Below are positions 9,581 to 19,044 of a stretch of 64,000 nt of DNA, one piece after another. Both the position numbers and the translations under genes were made by a program. Position 1 is the stretch's first letter; every line of letters starts with the position of its first letter. A model generated the notes under the pieces. The model was not told the origin of the DNA. It was given only the letters and a program-made list of their open reading frames with translations, and did not search any database. Source of the DNA: a bacterium. GTDB taxonomy: Bacteria; UBA8248. The stretch covers positions 416,001 through 480,000 of the forward strand of contig OZ242260.1 of the NCBI GenBank assembly GCA_965207065.1. Reading direction: 5' to 3'.

Positions 9581-9922
9581 TCAAGTCTTCAGCGCGAGCC
9601 TGGCCTCGAACGTGAACAAAGCCTCCTCCCCGCCGACGGACCACGCGAGCCTGAGCCAGGGGCCGATGTTCGCGAGCATTGCGAGGGTTTTTCCGGCCGA
9701 TGTGATTTGCTCAGGCCTGGTATGGACGAAAGCTACTTCATCATCCGCCGGGCCGGTTTGCACCTCGAAATCAAGCGTGGGCGATGCGCCCGAGACCACC
9801 TTCACGTCGATGAACAAGAGCGCCTCGGTGAAGCGGCTCACTTCGAACGCCGTGCTGCCTCCCGCGGCGACGCGGGCCGCGGGAGGAGCGAGGACTATCG
9901 TGTGGGTTCGCCTGTCGGACAT
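9581..9922 (-). CDS. Small beta-rich virion protein (possible capsid decoration)
   Basis: AAGGAG SD; directly follows capsid gene; alternating beta-strand pattern. Confidence 0.5.
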   Translation of the reverse strand: MSDRRTHTIVLAPPAARVAAGGSTAFEVSRFTEALLFIDVKVVSGASPTLDFEVQTGPADDEVAFVHTRPEQITSAGKTLAMLANIGPWLRLAWSVGGEEALFTFEARLALKT

Positions 9923-9955
9923 GGCTTCTCCTTGATAAGGGCAATCGCCATGCCA

Positions 9956-12034
9956 CTAGGCGGGCGCGCCTCGGTAAAAGCCGCGAAAGTCAAGGACGGC
10001 GCCGCCGTAGACGTGTCTGATCTTGTAGCGAATCTTGTCCGCGCTGAATCCGCTGCCTGCGGAGGGGTTGTCCTCGACGAACAGCTCGGGCTCGCGCATG
10101 TCGTCCATGAAGCCGATTTCGATTGTGTCCATGAGGCCCGGATCGGCGATCAAGTACCAATCGTTCGTCTCGGTGAGTTCGGGCACCCACAAGGGTTCGA
10201 TGCCCAGGCGGTTGATGAAGCTCGGCTGATTGGAGTTCCCGTCCGAGACAACCTTGACGGGCGACTGGGTGACGTCGAATGCCTCTTCGAGCAACTCCGT
10301 GGGGTGGACGAGATATTTCGGCCGAGCCTGGGCCGCTATTTCAACGCCTTCCTCTCCATAAAACGTCTGCTGACCCATCGCCTTGATGGCGGCGACGGCG
10401 CCCTCGTACGTGAGCTCGTTCGCGGAGGTGTTGTTGTGGTCAGCGTGGAACAGCGCATGGCCGTCGTATATGTTGGCATTGGACATGAGAAAATCGAATA
10501 CGAAGCCATTCAGGGTGCGCTGGGCCGCTCGGGCGAGACGCTGGGGAATCATGCGAATCGCGCCCATGTCGTCGTTCTGGATCATCTCCCATGTGAGATC
10601 CTCCACGCCGCCGCGCTTGGCTACGGCGTACGTCACTTCCTCATCCGTCGGGGAGGTAAGCGCCGGATAAGTGGCCTGTTCGGCGACTTTTTGCAGATCG
10701 CCGTAGCCGCCCACACGCACCCGGCGGTTCGTACGGAAATCCTTAACGGGCGTCACGGAAGAGGCGATCTTCTTCCACTGGTGAAAGCGCTCGTCCCTGA
10801 AATCGCGCAGCATGGCGCGGCGGATGGAATCTCCAAAAGCCTCGCCCCACGTGCTCGTCTGCAAGGAGGCGGAGAGGCGCCGCACCCCGTTCCAGTCCTC
10901 GGCGGCGCGGTGATAGTGGAACGTCTCTGCGAAGAACTGGCGCGGGGTCAGGCGATGTCCCGTGAAATCCTGAAACGCCTCGCTCATGAAGCGATAGGGG
11001 CGTTCGCCGTCTACCACCTCGTCGCGCGAACCCCAGAGCCCGTCGAGAGCCGCTTTCTTGCGGTCCGCCTCGTCGCGCATTACCTCCGCACGCGCGCCGA
11101 AACCACGGAGCGCGCCGCTCGCCGTGAGTTTTTCCAGCGTGGCCGCCTCAACCCGGATCGCCTCTTCGATCTCCTCTTCTGTAAAACTCCCGTCCCCGAA
11201 CTGGGCGAGCATCTTCTCCTGAACGGCTTCGGGCAACGCGGAGGCCGTCAGTTTCTGAGCGAGCAACCTGCGAGCCGCAGCCCCGGTTTCGGTTCCATCC
11301 TTCATGGTGTTTCCTCCTTTTTCCTTCAAGTCCAGCTCGAGACCAGCGTCTTCACAAGCCGCGAGGAACTGTTGCGGCGTCCAGGCATCGCCGAGCCTCT
11401 TGCCCGATTCGGGCGCCATGCTCTTGAGTTTCTTTCCGAGCTTTTCGAACATTTTCACCTCCGATTGAATGGAATGATTGGCGGCGAGACCCAGAATCCC
11501 GCCCCCGAGCTTGCCTTTGTGCACGACGTCGACGGAGTGGACCGCCAGAATCTTTTCGAAATGCAAAACGAGCCCATCGGCCTCCTCGCGGAACTCCGCC
11601 TGCGCGAGCACGTCGAAGGAAAAGCCAAAGGGCTCCTCAAGACCCCGGGCCAGCGCATCGTGCGCCAGCGCCTGAAACCAGGCCGCTGATCGCGAAACCG
11701 CAAACGTGCTCAGAAGCCCCTCCTCGCCCATGCGGACCTTGCGGTGCCAGCCGACCAGGTTCCTGATGTCGGGACCGCCCGAGGCGGCGTGGTTGGCAAA
11801 GGCTTGCGCACCCTCGAACAGGGGAGCGGCCTCGCGCAGAACGTCGCGGGGCAGGAACCACTCCCCGTCCCTCGAGTAGCCGGCGCGCGCGATCAACACC
11901 TCGAAATCCCAGGCTTCATCCGGCGGCTGCGCTTCTTCCGCAACCGCGCGGATGAGGTGGCCATGCAGCCTTAAGGTATGAGAATCCTTCTGCGCCTCGG
12001 CGCGCGCCCACATACGGTTCAACCATTTTTTCAA
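9956..12034 (-). CDS. Fused prohead protease-scaffold-major capsid protein (Mu-like)
   Basis: N-terminal protease motifs FANH and HSVDVV; C-terminal capsid motifs VKDFR, LTWEMIQNDDMGA, WYLIAD, YKIRHVYGGAVLDFRG; TTG start with AGGAG SD. Confidence 0.85.
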   Translation of the reverse strand: MKKWLNRMWARAEAQKDSHTLRLHGHLIRAVAEEAQPPDEAWDFEVLIARAGYSRDGEWFLPRDVLREAAPLFEGAQAFANHAASGGPDIRNLVGWHRKVRMGEEGLLSTFAVSRSAAWFQALAHDALARGLEEPFGFSFDVLAQAEFREEADGLVLHFEKILAVHSVDVVHKGKLGGGILGLAANHSIQSEVKMFEKLGKKLKSMAPESGKRLGDAWTPQQFLAACEDAGLELDLKEKGGNTMKDGTETGAAARRLLAQKLTASALPEAVQEKMLAQFGDGSFTEEEIEEAIRVEAATLEKLTASGALRGFGARAEVMRDEADRKKAALDGLWGSRDEVVDGERPYRFMSEAFQDFTGHRLTPRQFFAETFHYHRAAEDWNGVRRLSASLQTSTWGEAFGDSIRRAMLRDFRDERFHQWKKIASSVTPVKDFRTNRRVRVGGYGDLQKVAEQATYPALTSPTDEEVTYAVAKRGGVEDLTWEMIQNDDMGAIRMIPQRLARAAQRTLNGFVFDFLMSNANIYDGHALFHADHNNTSANELTYEGAVAAIKAMGQQTFYGEEGVEIAAQARPKYLVHPTELLEEAFDVTQSPVKVVSDGNSNQPSFINRLGIEPLWVPELTETNDWYLIADPGLMDTIEIGFMDDMREPELFVEDNPSAGSGFSADKIRYKIRHVYGGAVLDFRGFYRGAPA

Positions 12035-12131
12035 GGGGAACTCCTTTCTCGCTGGTCTTTCAGAAATTCAACTTCCGGCGATGCGCCGGAGACCGCCGCC
12101 TGGTTAAACAAGGAGCGGGTGCAACGGCGAT

Positions 12132-12182
12132 AATTTAGGGCAAGGAGACTCGAACGCGGGCCGGGCAAATGCGGGGAAATGC
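12132..12182 (-). promoter_or_regulatory. Shared phage-module promoter, copy 1 (head-tail module)
   Basis: Minus strand reads GCATTTCCCC GCATTTGCCC -N25- TAAATT. Confidence 0.75.
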
Positions 12183-12377
12183 GCATCCGGCGTCTTTTTT
12201 TGCGGAATTTTGAAATTGCTAATTGAAAATTTTAAGAAAATGCGGTAAATTACGGAAAATTCTGGAGTTGCGGATGATGCGGGTGGTCCCGGCGTCTACC
12301 AATTCTGGATACTTCGCCCGCCACTCAGGAATAGCCTGAATTCGCCGAGCAAAAAGACCGCCCCTTGAACAGGACGT

Positions 12378-13688
12378 ATGAGGTTTGATCTCATGTGGGG
12401 CGTCGCTCAACCGGTCTTGAATTTCATCCAGAAACTCTCCTGGAACCATATGCTCGACATCGGGATCATGTGGTTCCTGCTTTACCAGGTCTATATTCGC
12501 TTCAAAGGCACCCAGGCGATGCGCCTCCTCGTGCGCGTGTTCGGAGTGTGGCTCATCTATCTCGCCTCCCAGGCCGCGGGTCTGCACCTGACCTCGTTTC
12601 TCCTTTGGGCCATCTGGATCGCCGTGCTCATCCTGTTTCTCATCAATTTCCACGGCGAGATCCAAAAGATATTCTTTCAACTCAACCCGGTGCGCAGAAT
12701 CTCAATCCTGCTGCGCCGGGCGATGCGAATCCGCCTGCCGGACGTAAGCGTCGCCACCATCGCCCAATCCGCTTTTTCGCTCTCGGAGAAGCAGATGGGC
12801 GCCATCATCGTTGTGGAGCGCCGGGATTTGACCGACTCCCTGCTGAGAAGTCCGGGAGAGGAGATCGAGGCGGACATCCAGCCGGCGCTGCTGGAAACCA
12901 TTTTCTTCAAGGGAGCGCCCTACCACGACGGCGCCGCCGTCGTTCGCGAGAACAAGATCTCGCGCGTGGGATGCGTATTGCCCCTTTCAGATAACCGCGC
13001 CCTGCCGCCGGAGTTCGGCACGCGCCACAGGGCGGCGGTCGGCATCACGGAGCGGTCCGACGCCCTGGCGATCGTGATATCCGAGGAACGCGGAGAGATT
13101 ACATGCGTGGAAGGCAGCCAAACAAAGACGATAGATAATGAGGAAGAACTCGCCTCCTGGCTCACGGCGCGGCTGCGCGCGGCCCGCGAGACGGGACAGA
13201 CGATGGGACGCATATCGCTCCGCCACGTTTTCGAGAACTGGCGGCCCAAGCTCGCCGCCCTGGCCGCCGTCATATTCCTCTGGTCGCTCGGCGGGCAGGA
13301 AAACCAGAATCCGCAGAATTTCTTCCCGCAACTCGAAAGCAAGGTGGAGGAGGAATTCCGCGTCCGCGTCCATTATTACAATGTTCCGAGCGGCGTCACC
13401 CTGCCGGCCGATGCGGCGAAAGAAGTCAAAATACGCATCAGGGGCAGGCGCGATCTGCTCAATTACATCGACGCCACCCGCCTGCGCGTGAACGTGAACC
13501 TCGCCAAAATGACGCCCGGCGCGCATTCGCGCACGCTGTCGGGACGCGACATCGACCTGCCAAACGGTCTCGAATTCCTGAGCGCGGAGCCCAAGGCCCT
13601 GGATTTGAATCTCGCCAAGGCGCCGGCGCCTGAGAAAATGACGAAATCGAGCGCCTCCACCGAGACGCCGGAGTCCTCAAACTTTTAA
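12378..13688 (+). CDS. dacA: Membrane diadenylate cyclase (CdaA/DacA) with C-terminal YbbR-like domain
   Basis: Three N-terminal TM helices, HDGA and GTRHRAA DAC motifs, ISEERG. Confidence 0.9.
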   Translation: MRFDLMWGVAQPVLNFIQKLSWNHMLDIGIMWFLLYQVYIRFKGTQAMRLLVRVFGVWLIYLASQAAGLHLTSFLLWAIWIAVLILFLINFHGEIQKIFFQLNPVRRISILLRRAMRIRLPDVSVATIAQSAFSLSEKQMGAIIVVERRDLTDSLLRSPGEEIEADIQPALLETIFFKGAPYHDGAAVVRENKISRVGCVLPLSDNRALPPEFGTRHRAAVGITERSDALAIVISEERGEITCVEGSQTKTIDNEEELASWLTARLRAARETGQTMGRISLRHVFENWRPKLAALAAVIFLWSLGGQENQNPQNFFPQLESKVEEEFRVRVHYYNVPSGVTLPADAAKEVKIRIRGRRDLLNYIDATRLRVNVNLAKMTPGAHSRTLSGRDIDLPNGLEFLSAEPKALDLNLAKAPAPEKMTKSSASTETPESSNF

Positions 13689-13763
13689 GGCCCTTCTTTT
13701 CAGATACTTGAATTTCTACCTTCAGAAAAATTTGCTTTTTTCGCTTAAAATACCGATATTGAA

Positions 13764-13897
13764 TGAACCGGGCTACAGTCGCTGAGACGTCCAGGAGCTT
13801 TGACGAGCACTAAGGGCGAACCATTTTCGATGGTACTTGGCTGGCCCAAGTGAGGCGGCAAGGAGCCGACACAGAAAACGGCTCCGGCCCGGGTTCA
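13764..13897 (+). ncRNA. Candidate structured RNA (riboswitch-like), class unassigned
   Basis: Ends pair (TGAACCGGGC/GCCCGGGTTCA) and enclose several internal stems; intergenic. Confidence 0.4.
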
Positions 13898-14082
13898 AGG
13901 AACCCTTCAACAGAAGGAGGATGCGATGATATCAACGATAAATCGCTTCAGCCGTGCGGAAACGCCACCCTCCCCGGCCCCATCGCGTCAGCCGGGCGGG
14001 GAGGAAGACAAAGGCTGATGCACAAATAAAGGCGACAAAACGCCTTCGTGAGGTGAGACGAGTTCTCACCCTGAAAAAGAGC

Positions 14083-14127
14083 AAAAAAAGAGAGCGGGGT
14101 GCAACGCCCCGCTCTTCTTTTTTTTTC
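14083..14127. terminator. Bidirectional intrinsic terminator
   Basis: A-run, agagcgggg/ccccgctct stem, T-run. Confidence 0.8.
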
Positions 14128-14322
14128 CTAGCTCTTGGCCTCGAGTTTCCGCATCTCGATTTCGAGTTGCTGGAGCCTGTTCTTGATCATGTTGAAGTCG
14201 TACTCGAACCCCTCGGCGAGCAGCGTGAGACCATGATAGAGCTGGTGCTTTTCCGGCTCTTCCTCCGCGTTCACCGAATCGAGCATCTCGGCGAAAACCT
14301 CTCTGGCATGATGAAAGCTCAA
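14128..14322 (-). CDS. Small hypothetical protein with coiled-coil C-terminus
   Basis: ORF with purine-rich SD ending at the terminator. Confidence 0.55.
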   Translation of the reverse strand: MSFHHAREVFAEMLDSVNAEEEPEKHQLYHGLTLLAEGFEYDFNMIKNRLQQLEIEMRKLEAKS

Positions 14323-14457
14323 AACGCCTTCCCCCTTTTTGAATGAGAACGCACATTAAGAAGCCATAAATCTTTTGCAGGAAGAATCCCGCTCCTATCT
14401 TTGCTAGAATCCATCGCACCGACAAATAAACCACATCGCAAACGAGGAGTCATCTTC

Positions 14458-14955
14458 ATGCCGGAAAGACCAAACACGCCGCAAGTCATCCTCCGCCACA
14501 TTCAGGGCACCCAGCTTCAGATGCTCACCACCACGGGCAAACACTCCTACGTGCTCGATGAGCCCGAAACCAGAGGCGGCACGGACCTGGCCGCCACGCC
14601 GTTCGAGTTCTTCATCGCAGGGCACGCGGGCTGAGGCCTCTACACGCTGCTGGGAGCGGCGAAGGCCAAGGGCATCCATATCGACGACGTGGAGGTCCAC
14701 GCGGAGTTCAAACGGAATATTTCACCCAAATTTCATTCGGATTACCACGCGGACCCCGAGCGGAGAAAACTCGCCATCGGCGTCATCCGTACGAGCTATT
14801 ACATCCACGGCGACGTAACCGAAGAGCAAAAGGCGGAACTTCTCGATGAACTTGAGAACTGCCCCATCCACAACACGCTGATGACGCCGCCCAGGCTCGA
14901 GGAGCGGATCGTCGTTCTGGAGAAGGATGAAACCGCGCCCATAGAGATTTCGTAA
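14458..14955 (+). CDS. OsmC-family protein, probable selenoprotein (UGA at 14632-14634)
   Basis: DEPETRGGTD..TPFE..AGHAG-U-G, then in frame to ENCPIHNTL; hairpin follows the UGA. Confidence 0.75.
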
Positions 14956-14984
14956 GGGCGGGGAAAGAGCCGCTCGCTAAATTA

Positions 14985-15224
14985 GGGGTTCTTGAAAAAG
15001 TTCTCATCGGTCGGTCGGAATCGACCACTGCCGTCATTCCGGCGAAAGCCGGAATCCATTTTCGGATGCGGGTGAATGAACGGCGGCGTTTCATTCCCCA
15101 CCAATGCGCGGGAACCCTGACGAAAGGCAAAAGGCGTAAAAATAGATTCCGGCTTTCGCCGGAATGACGGTGAATACTCTCGATGGGGGCAACAACCCCA
15201 TTGAGGGACTTTTTCAACAACCCC
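14985..15224. mobile_element. MITE-like element with IS1182-like ends carrying a CGTCATTCCGGCGAAAGCCGGAATC palindrome pair
   Basis: ggggttcttgaaaaagt ... actttttcaacaacccc; inverted REP copies at 15031-15058 and 15143-15170. Confidence 0.65.
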
Positions 15225-15279
15225 AATAATGGGAGCCTTGAACTTCGGCAGGAAAGGAAGACACCCTTCAAAATGAGTC

Positions 15280-15753
15280 TTAGTAGGAAATCTTGTCTTC
15301 CATCTGAGCCCATAGATTGAAGGATTCGAGGGCTTCATCTTCCAGGAGCCGCGTTGCTTCGAGCTTTCTGTCAGCGACCGGCAGGGCGATTTCCTTGTAG
15401 AGAAATTCATCGGAAAACCCGATGGCGTCAGCCTCGACGATGGAGTTTCCAAAATACATACGGTCGAGTCTCGACCAGTAAATTGCGCTCAAACACATCG
15501 GGCAGGGTTCACAGCTCGTATATATCTCACAGCCTGACAAATCGAAATTCTTCAGTTTCGCGCAGGCCGCCCGTATGGCGATCATCTCGGCATGGGCTGT
15601 GGGATCGCAAGATGACGTCACCCGGTTCGTACCCTCGCCGATGATTTCGCCATCCTTCACGACGACGGACCCGAAAGGCCCGCCGAGTCCTTCCCTCACG
15701 TTTTGAGAAGCGAGCGATATCGCCTTTCTCATAAAAGCTTCCCGTGTCTCCAT
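15280..15753 (-). CDS. guaD: Guanine/nucleoside deaminase (cytidine deaminase fold)
   Basis: GGPFG, DPTAHAE, SCEPCPMC. Confidence 0.8.
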   Translation of the reverse strand: METREAFMRKAISLASQNVREGLGGPFGSVVVKDGEIIGEGTNRVTSSCDPTAHAEMIAIRAACAKLKNFDLSGCEIYTSCEPCPMCLSAIYWSRLDRMYFGNSIVEADAIGFSDEFLYKEIALPVADRKLEATRLLEDEALESFNLWAQMEDKISY

Positions 15754-15959
15754 TTCCGCATCTCCCGTTGAGTTCCACCTTTCCGCCGATGTTTTCTCTT
15801 CTCTGCGTCTATATTTTCCCTGATTCCCCTCATCTTAACTTGTTTTTGGAATGGTTTGCATTTATTTTGCAGGCACTCCATTTATCGTCTCCAAAGAGCG
15901 GAGCCTGAAACGAGAGAAACCCTGCTGCGCGAAATTCGCAATCCAATAAGGATTTGATT

Positions 15960-16865
15960 ATGAAAATCGGATTCATCGGACTGGGAAACATGGGGGCAGG
16001 CATAGCGGCCAACCTCCAGAAAGCGGGCTATGAACTCGTCGTTCACGACATCGTCCGCGATGCCGCGACGGATCACATCGAACGAGGCGCACTCTGGGCG
16101 GACTCCCCTGAAGAGGTGGCCCACGCGAGTGAGATCATCTTCACCTCGCTGCCGGGTCCCAAGGAAGTCGAGAGCGTCGCCACGGGGCCGAACGGGATTC
16201 TCGCAGGCATCAGCGCGGGGAAAGTCTACGTCGACTTGAGCACGGTATATCCTTCCATCGTCCGCCGCATCCACGAGAAATTCTCAGAAGCAGGCGCGCA
16301 CATGCTCGAAGCACCGGTGAGCGGCTCCACAATCGGCGCGAACACGGGGCGACTCGCCATCATGGCGGGAGGTGAGAAGGAGGTATATGAGCGCTGCAAG
16401 CCCCTTCTCGACGCCATTGGAGACAGCCCCTCCTACACGGGTCCCATCGGCACCGGCGCCGTGTGCAAGCTCGCCCACAATTGCCTGAGCTACGGCATCC
16501 AAGCCATCGCGGCGGAATGCTTTACCCTGGGCGTCAAGGCGGGGGCGGACCCCGAGGTATTGGCCGAGGTGATCCGAAACGGCGCGGTGGGCCGGGCCGT
16601 GCACTTCAACTTCATCTTCTACGAGACATTCTTCAAGGGGAAATTCGACGAGCCACACTTTCCCATCAAGGGCGCCGTGAAGGACGTAGGGCTCGCGCTC
16701 CAACTCGCCAGAGAGCACGACGTACCCATGACGATAGGCAACATCGCCTACGGGGAGCTCATCTCGGGCTTGAACCGCGGCTGGGGGGATGATGACGCGA
16801 GGCGCGCCATGACGCTCCAGGAAGAACGCGCGGGCGGCGTGCAGGTGAGAATTCCAGAAAAGTAG
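15960..16865 (+). CDS. NAD(P)-dependent beta-hydroxyacid dehydrogenase (3-hydroxyisobutyrate DH family)
   Basis: GFIGLGNMG, EAPVSG, KLAHN. Confidence 0.9.
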   Translation: MKIGFIGLGNMGAGIAANLQKAGYELVVHDIVRDAATDHIERGALWADSPEEVAHASEIIFTSLPGPKEVESVATGPNGILAGISAGKVYVDLSTVYPSIVRRIHEKFSEAGAHMLEAPVSGSTIGANTGRLAIMAGGEKEVYERCKPLLDAIGDSPSYTGPIGTGAVCKLAHNCLSYGIQAIAAECFTLGVKAGADPEVLAEVIRNGAVGRAVHFNFIFYETFFKGKFDEPHFPIKGAVKDVGLALQLAREHDVPMTIGNIAYGELISGLNRGWGDDDARRAMTLQEERAGGVQVRIPEK

Positions 16866-16874
16866 ATTTTACGC

Positions 16875-17879
16875 ATGAAACACGGAATCGCCATGCTGCC
16901 TCCCGCGCCCGAGACCTACGCGCACTGGTGCCGGCTCTCAGAAGAAGCGGGCTTCGACGTCGTCTGGGTGCCGGACTCACAATCGCTTTACCGGGAGCTT
17001 TACGTCTCGTGCGCCATCTGCGCGGCGAACACCTCGCGTGTCCTGCTGGGTCCCAATGTCACCAACCCGCTCACGCGGCATCCCGCGACAGCGGCGAGCG
17101 CTATCGCCACCGTGGATGAGTATTCGGGTGGTCGCGCGCTGTTCGGAATCGCCACGGGCGACAGCGCCGTCCTGAACCTGGGCCTGCGCCCCGGCCGCGT
17201 GGACGACATGAGAGACTACGTGCTCGCCATGCGCGGGATGCTAGAGGAGGGCACGGCCCACTACCGGGGAAAGCCCTGCACGCTGAACTGGCACAAAAAG
17301 CGGGTTCCGCTCTACATCGCCGCCGAGGGGCCGCGCACCATCCGCCTTGCGGGCGAGATCGCCGACGGCGTCACCATCGGCACAGGCCTCACGCCCGAAG
17401 TGGTGGCCGATTCCCTCACCTGGCTCGAGGAGGGCGCGAGGAAATCGGGCCGCAAGGTGAACGATCTCGACATCTGGTGGCTCGCCAAGGTGAACGTGCG
17501 CGATGACGGCGAACAGGCACGCGAAGAAATCCGCATGGCCCTGGCCGCGAGCGCGCACCACGCCTTTCGCTTCACGCTCGAGGGCAAGCGGATTCCCAAG
17601 GAACTCCTCTCCGCCGTCGAAACCCTCAAAAAAGGGTATGCGTTCCACGAACACGAGATGGTGGACAAGCAGACGAACGCCGAACTCGTGGACAGGCTCG
17701 GCCTCCGCGAGTACCTGCTCGATCGCTTCGCCATCGCGGGCTCGCCTGCCGAATGCAGACAGAAGATAGAGGACATGAATTCGTTCGGCGTGGAGAACTT
17801 GAGGATCGCCGCCCACGTGCACGACAAGCCCGCCTTTATCCGGGCGTGGGGCCGCGAGATAATCAGCCGGAGCAAGTAA
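16875..17879 (+). CDS. LLM-class (probably F420-dependent) oxidoreductase
   Basis: VTNPLTRHP, SGGRALFGIATGDS, AAEGPRT..LAGEIADG. Confidence 0.85.
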   Translation: MKHGIAMLPPAPETYAHWCRLSEEAGFDVVWVPDSQSLYRELYVSCAICAANTSRVLLGPNVTNPLTRHPATAASAIATVDEYSGGRALFGIATGDSAVLNLGLRPGRVDDMRDYVLAMRGMLEEGTAHYRGKPCTLNWHKKRVPLYIAAEGPRTIRLAGEIADGVTIGTGLTPEVVADSLTWLEEGARKSGRKVNDLDIWWLAKVNVRDDGEQAREEIRMALAASAHHAFRFTLEGKRIPKELLSAVETLKKGYAFHEHEMVDKQTNAELVDRLGLREYLLDRFAIAGSPAECRQKIEDMNSFGVENLRIAAHVHDKPAFIRAWGREIISRSK

Positions 17880-17896
17880 CCAAAGAGGCCATCATC

Positions 17897-18898
17897 ATGA
17901 GACACGGCATTTCCTTCAGACCGCCCGACACGGATTCATTCGCCCGCTGGTGCAGGTGCGCGGAAGAGCTCGGTTTCGACGCGGTGTTCATCCCCGATAC
18001 ACAATCCCTCTACCGGGAGGTCTACGTATCGAGCGCGATATGTGCGATGGAGACGAGTGAGATCATTTTCGGCCCTTGCGTCACGAACCCCGTCACGCGG
18101 CACCCGGCGGTTGCCGCGAGCGCCATCGGCACCATCAGCGAGCTATCGGGCGGACGCGCCTTCTGGGGGATCGCCACGGGCGACAGCGCAGTCCTGAATC
18201 TGGGTCTCAGGCCCGCGAAGCTCGCCGAGATGCGCGAGTACATCCTCGCCGTGCGGGGCATGCTCGAAGAAGGAAGCGCCCAGTACAAGGGGAACAACGC
18301 CCGGCTGAGCTGGCATAAATCCCACGTGCCCATCCACATCGCTGCAGAAGGCCCCAAGACCTTAAGCCTGGCGGGCGAGGTGGCCGACGGCGTCATCATC
18401 GGAACGGGCCTCATTCCCGAGGTCATCGCGGACACGCTCTCCTTCATCGACGAGGGCGCCAGGAAGTCCGGCCGAAGGGTGGAAGACCTTGACCTCTGGT
18501 GGCTGGTGGACGCCCATGTGGACGCGGACGGGGAGCGCGCCCGCGCGGACATCCGCACCGCCCTCGCCGCGAGCGCGCATCATTCCTTCTCCTTCACGTT
18601 GGAGAACAAGCGGATTCCCAAGGAACTCGAATCCGGCATCCGCGCGCTGAGGGACGGTTACCAGACTTCGGAGCACGGCTTCATGGATAAATCCAACAAC
18701 GCAGGCTTGGTCGATGAGTACGGACTGAGGGACTACCTGGCGGAGCGCTTCGCCATCGTCGGCACGCCTGAAGAATGCCGGGAGAGACTCCAGCACCTCG
18801 AAAACCTGGGCGTCAGGGGGCTTCGCATCAACAACAACCTGCCCGACAGGACGGTCTTCATGAACGCCTGGGCGAAGGATGTTCGGGGGATCGCTTAA
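17897..18898 (+). CDS. LLM-class (probably F420-dependent) oxidoreductase, tandem paralog
   Basis: Same motifs as the upstream gene and visibly similar sequence. Confidence 0.85.
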   Translation: MRHGISFRPPDTDSFARWCRCAEELGFDAVFIPDTQSLYREVYVSSAICAMETSEIIFGPCVTNPVTRHPAVAASAIGTISELSGGRAFWGIATGDSAVLNLGLRPAKLAEMREYILAVRGMLEEGSAQYKGNNARLSWHKSHVPIHIAAEGPKTLSLAGEVADGVIIGTGLIPEVIADTLSFIDEGARKSGRRVEDLDLWWLVDAHVDADGERARADIRTALAASAHHSFSFTLENKRIPKELESGIRALRDGYQTSEHGFMDKSNNAGLVDEYGLRDYLAERFAIVGTPEECRERLQHLENLGVRGLRINNNLPDRTVFMNAWAKDVRGIA

Positions 18899-19044
18899 AC
18901 TCCGCGCGAGTAAAACGCCAAATTCCCACCGAGTAGACGCAAACCGATAATTTCCCTCGGGACGCCGCTTCGGTTAGAATGGCGGAAATGATCGAGACAG
19001 GCGAAATTCGACCTCCCCGTACAATCTCTCACAGGAGGGTGGGC

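Noticed and set aside
9512-11689. 725-aa plus-strand ORF and other long antisense ORFs (6716-8026, 26983-28428, 37419-38912, 57235-58428)
   Set aside because: They overlap well-supported genes on the opposite strand and have no recognisable motifs; expected in GC-rich DNA.
13764-13897. Firm call as RNase P RNA, 6S RNA, glmS ribozyme or TPP riboswitch
   Set aside because: Only short fragments match (ACAGTCGC, ACAGAA, GGGTTCAAGG, GCTGAGA); length and core motifs do not fit.
14632-14634. Nonsense pseudogene reading of the in-frame TGAs (also 19348 and 62755)
   Set aside because: All three fall on redox Cys positions and are followed by SECIS-like hairpins; other genes use TGA as a normal stop, so a changed genetic code is also unlikely.
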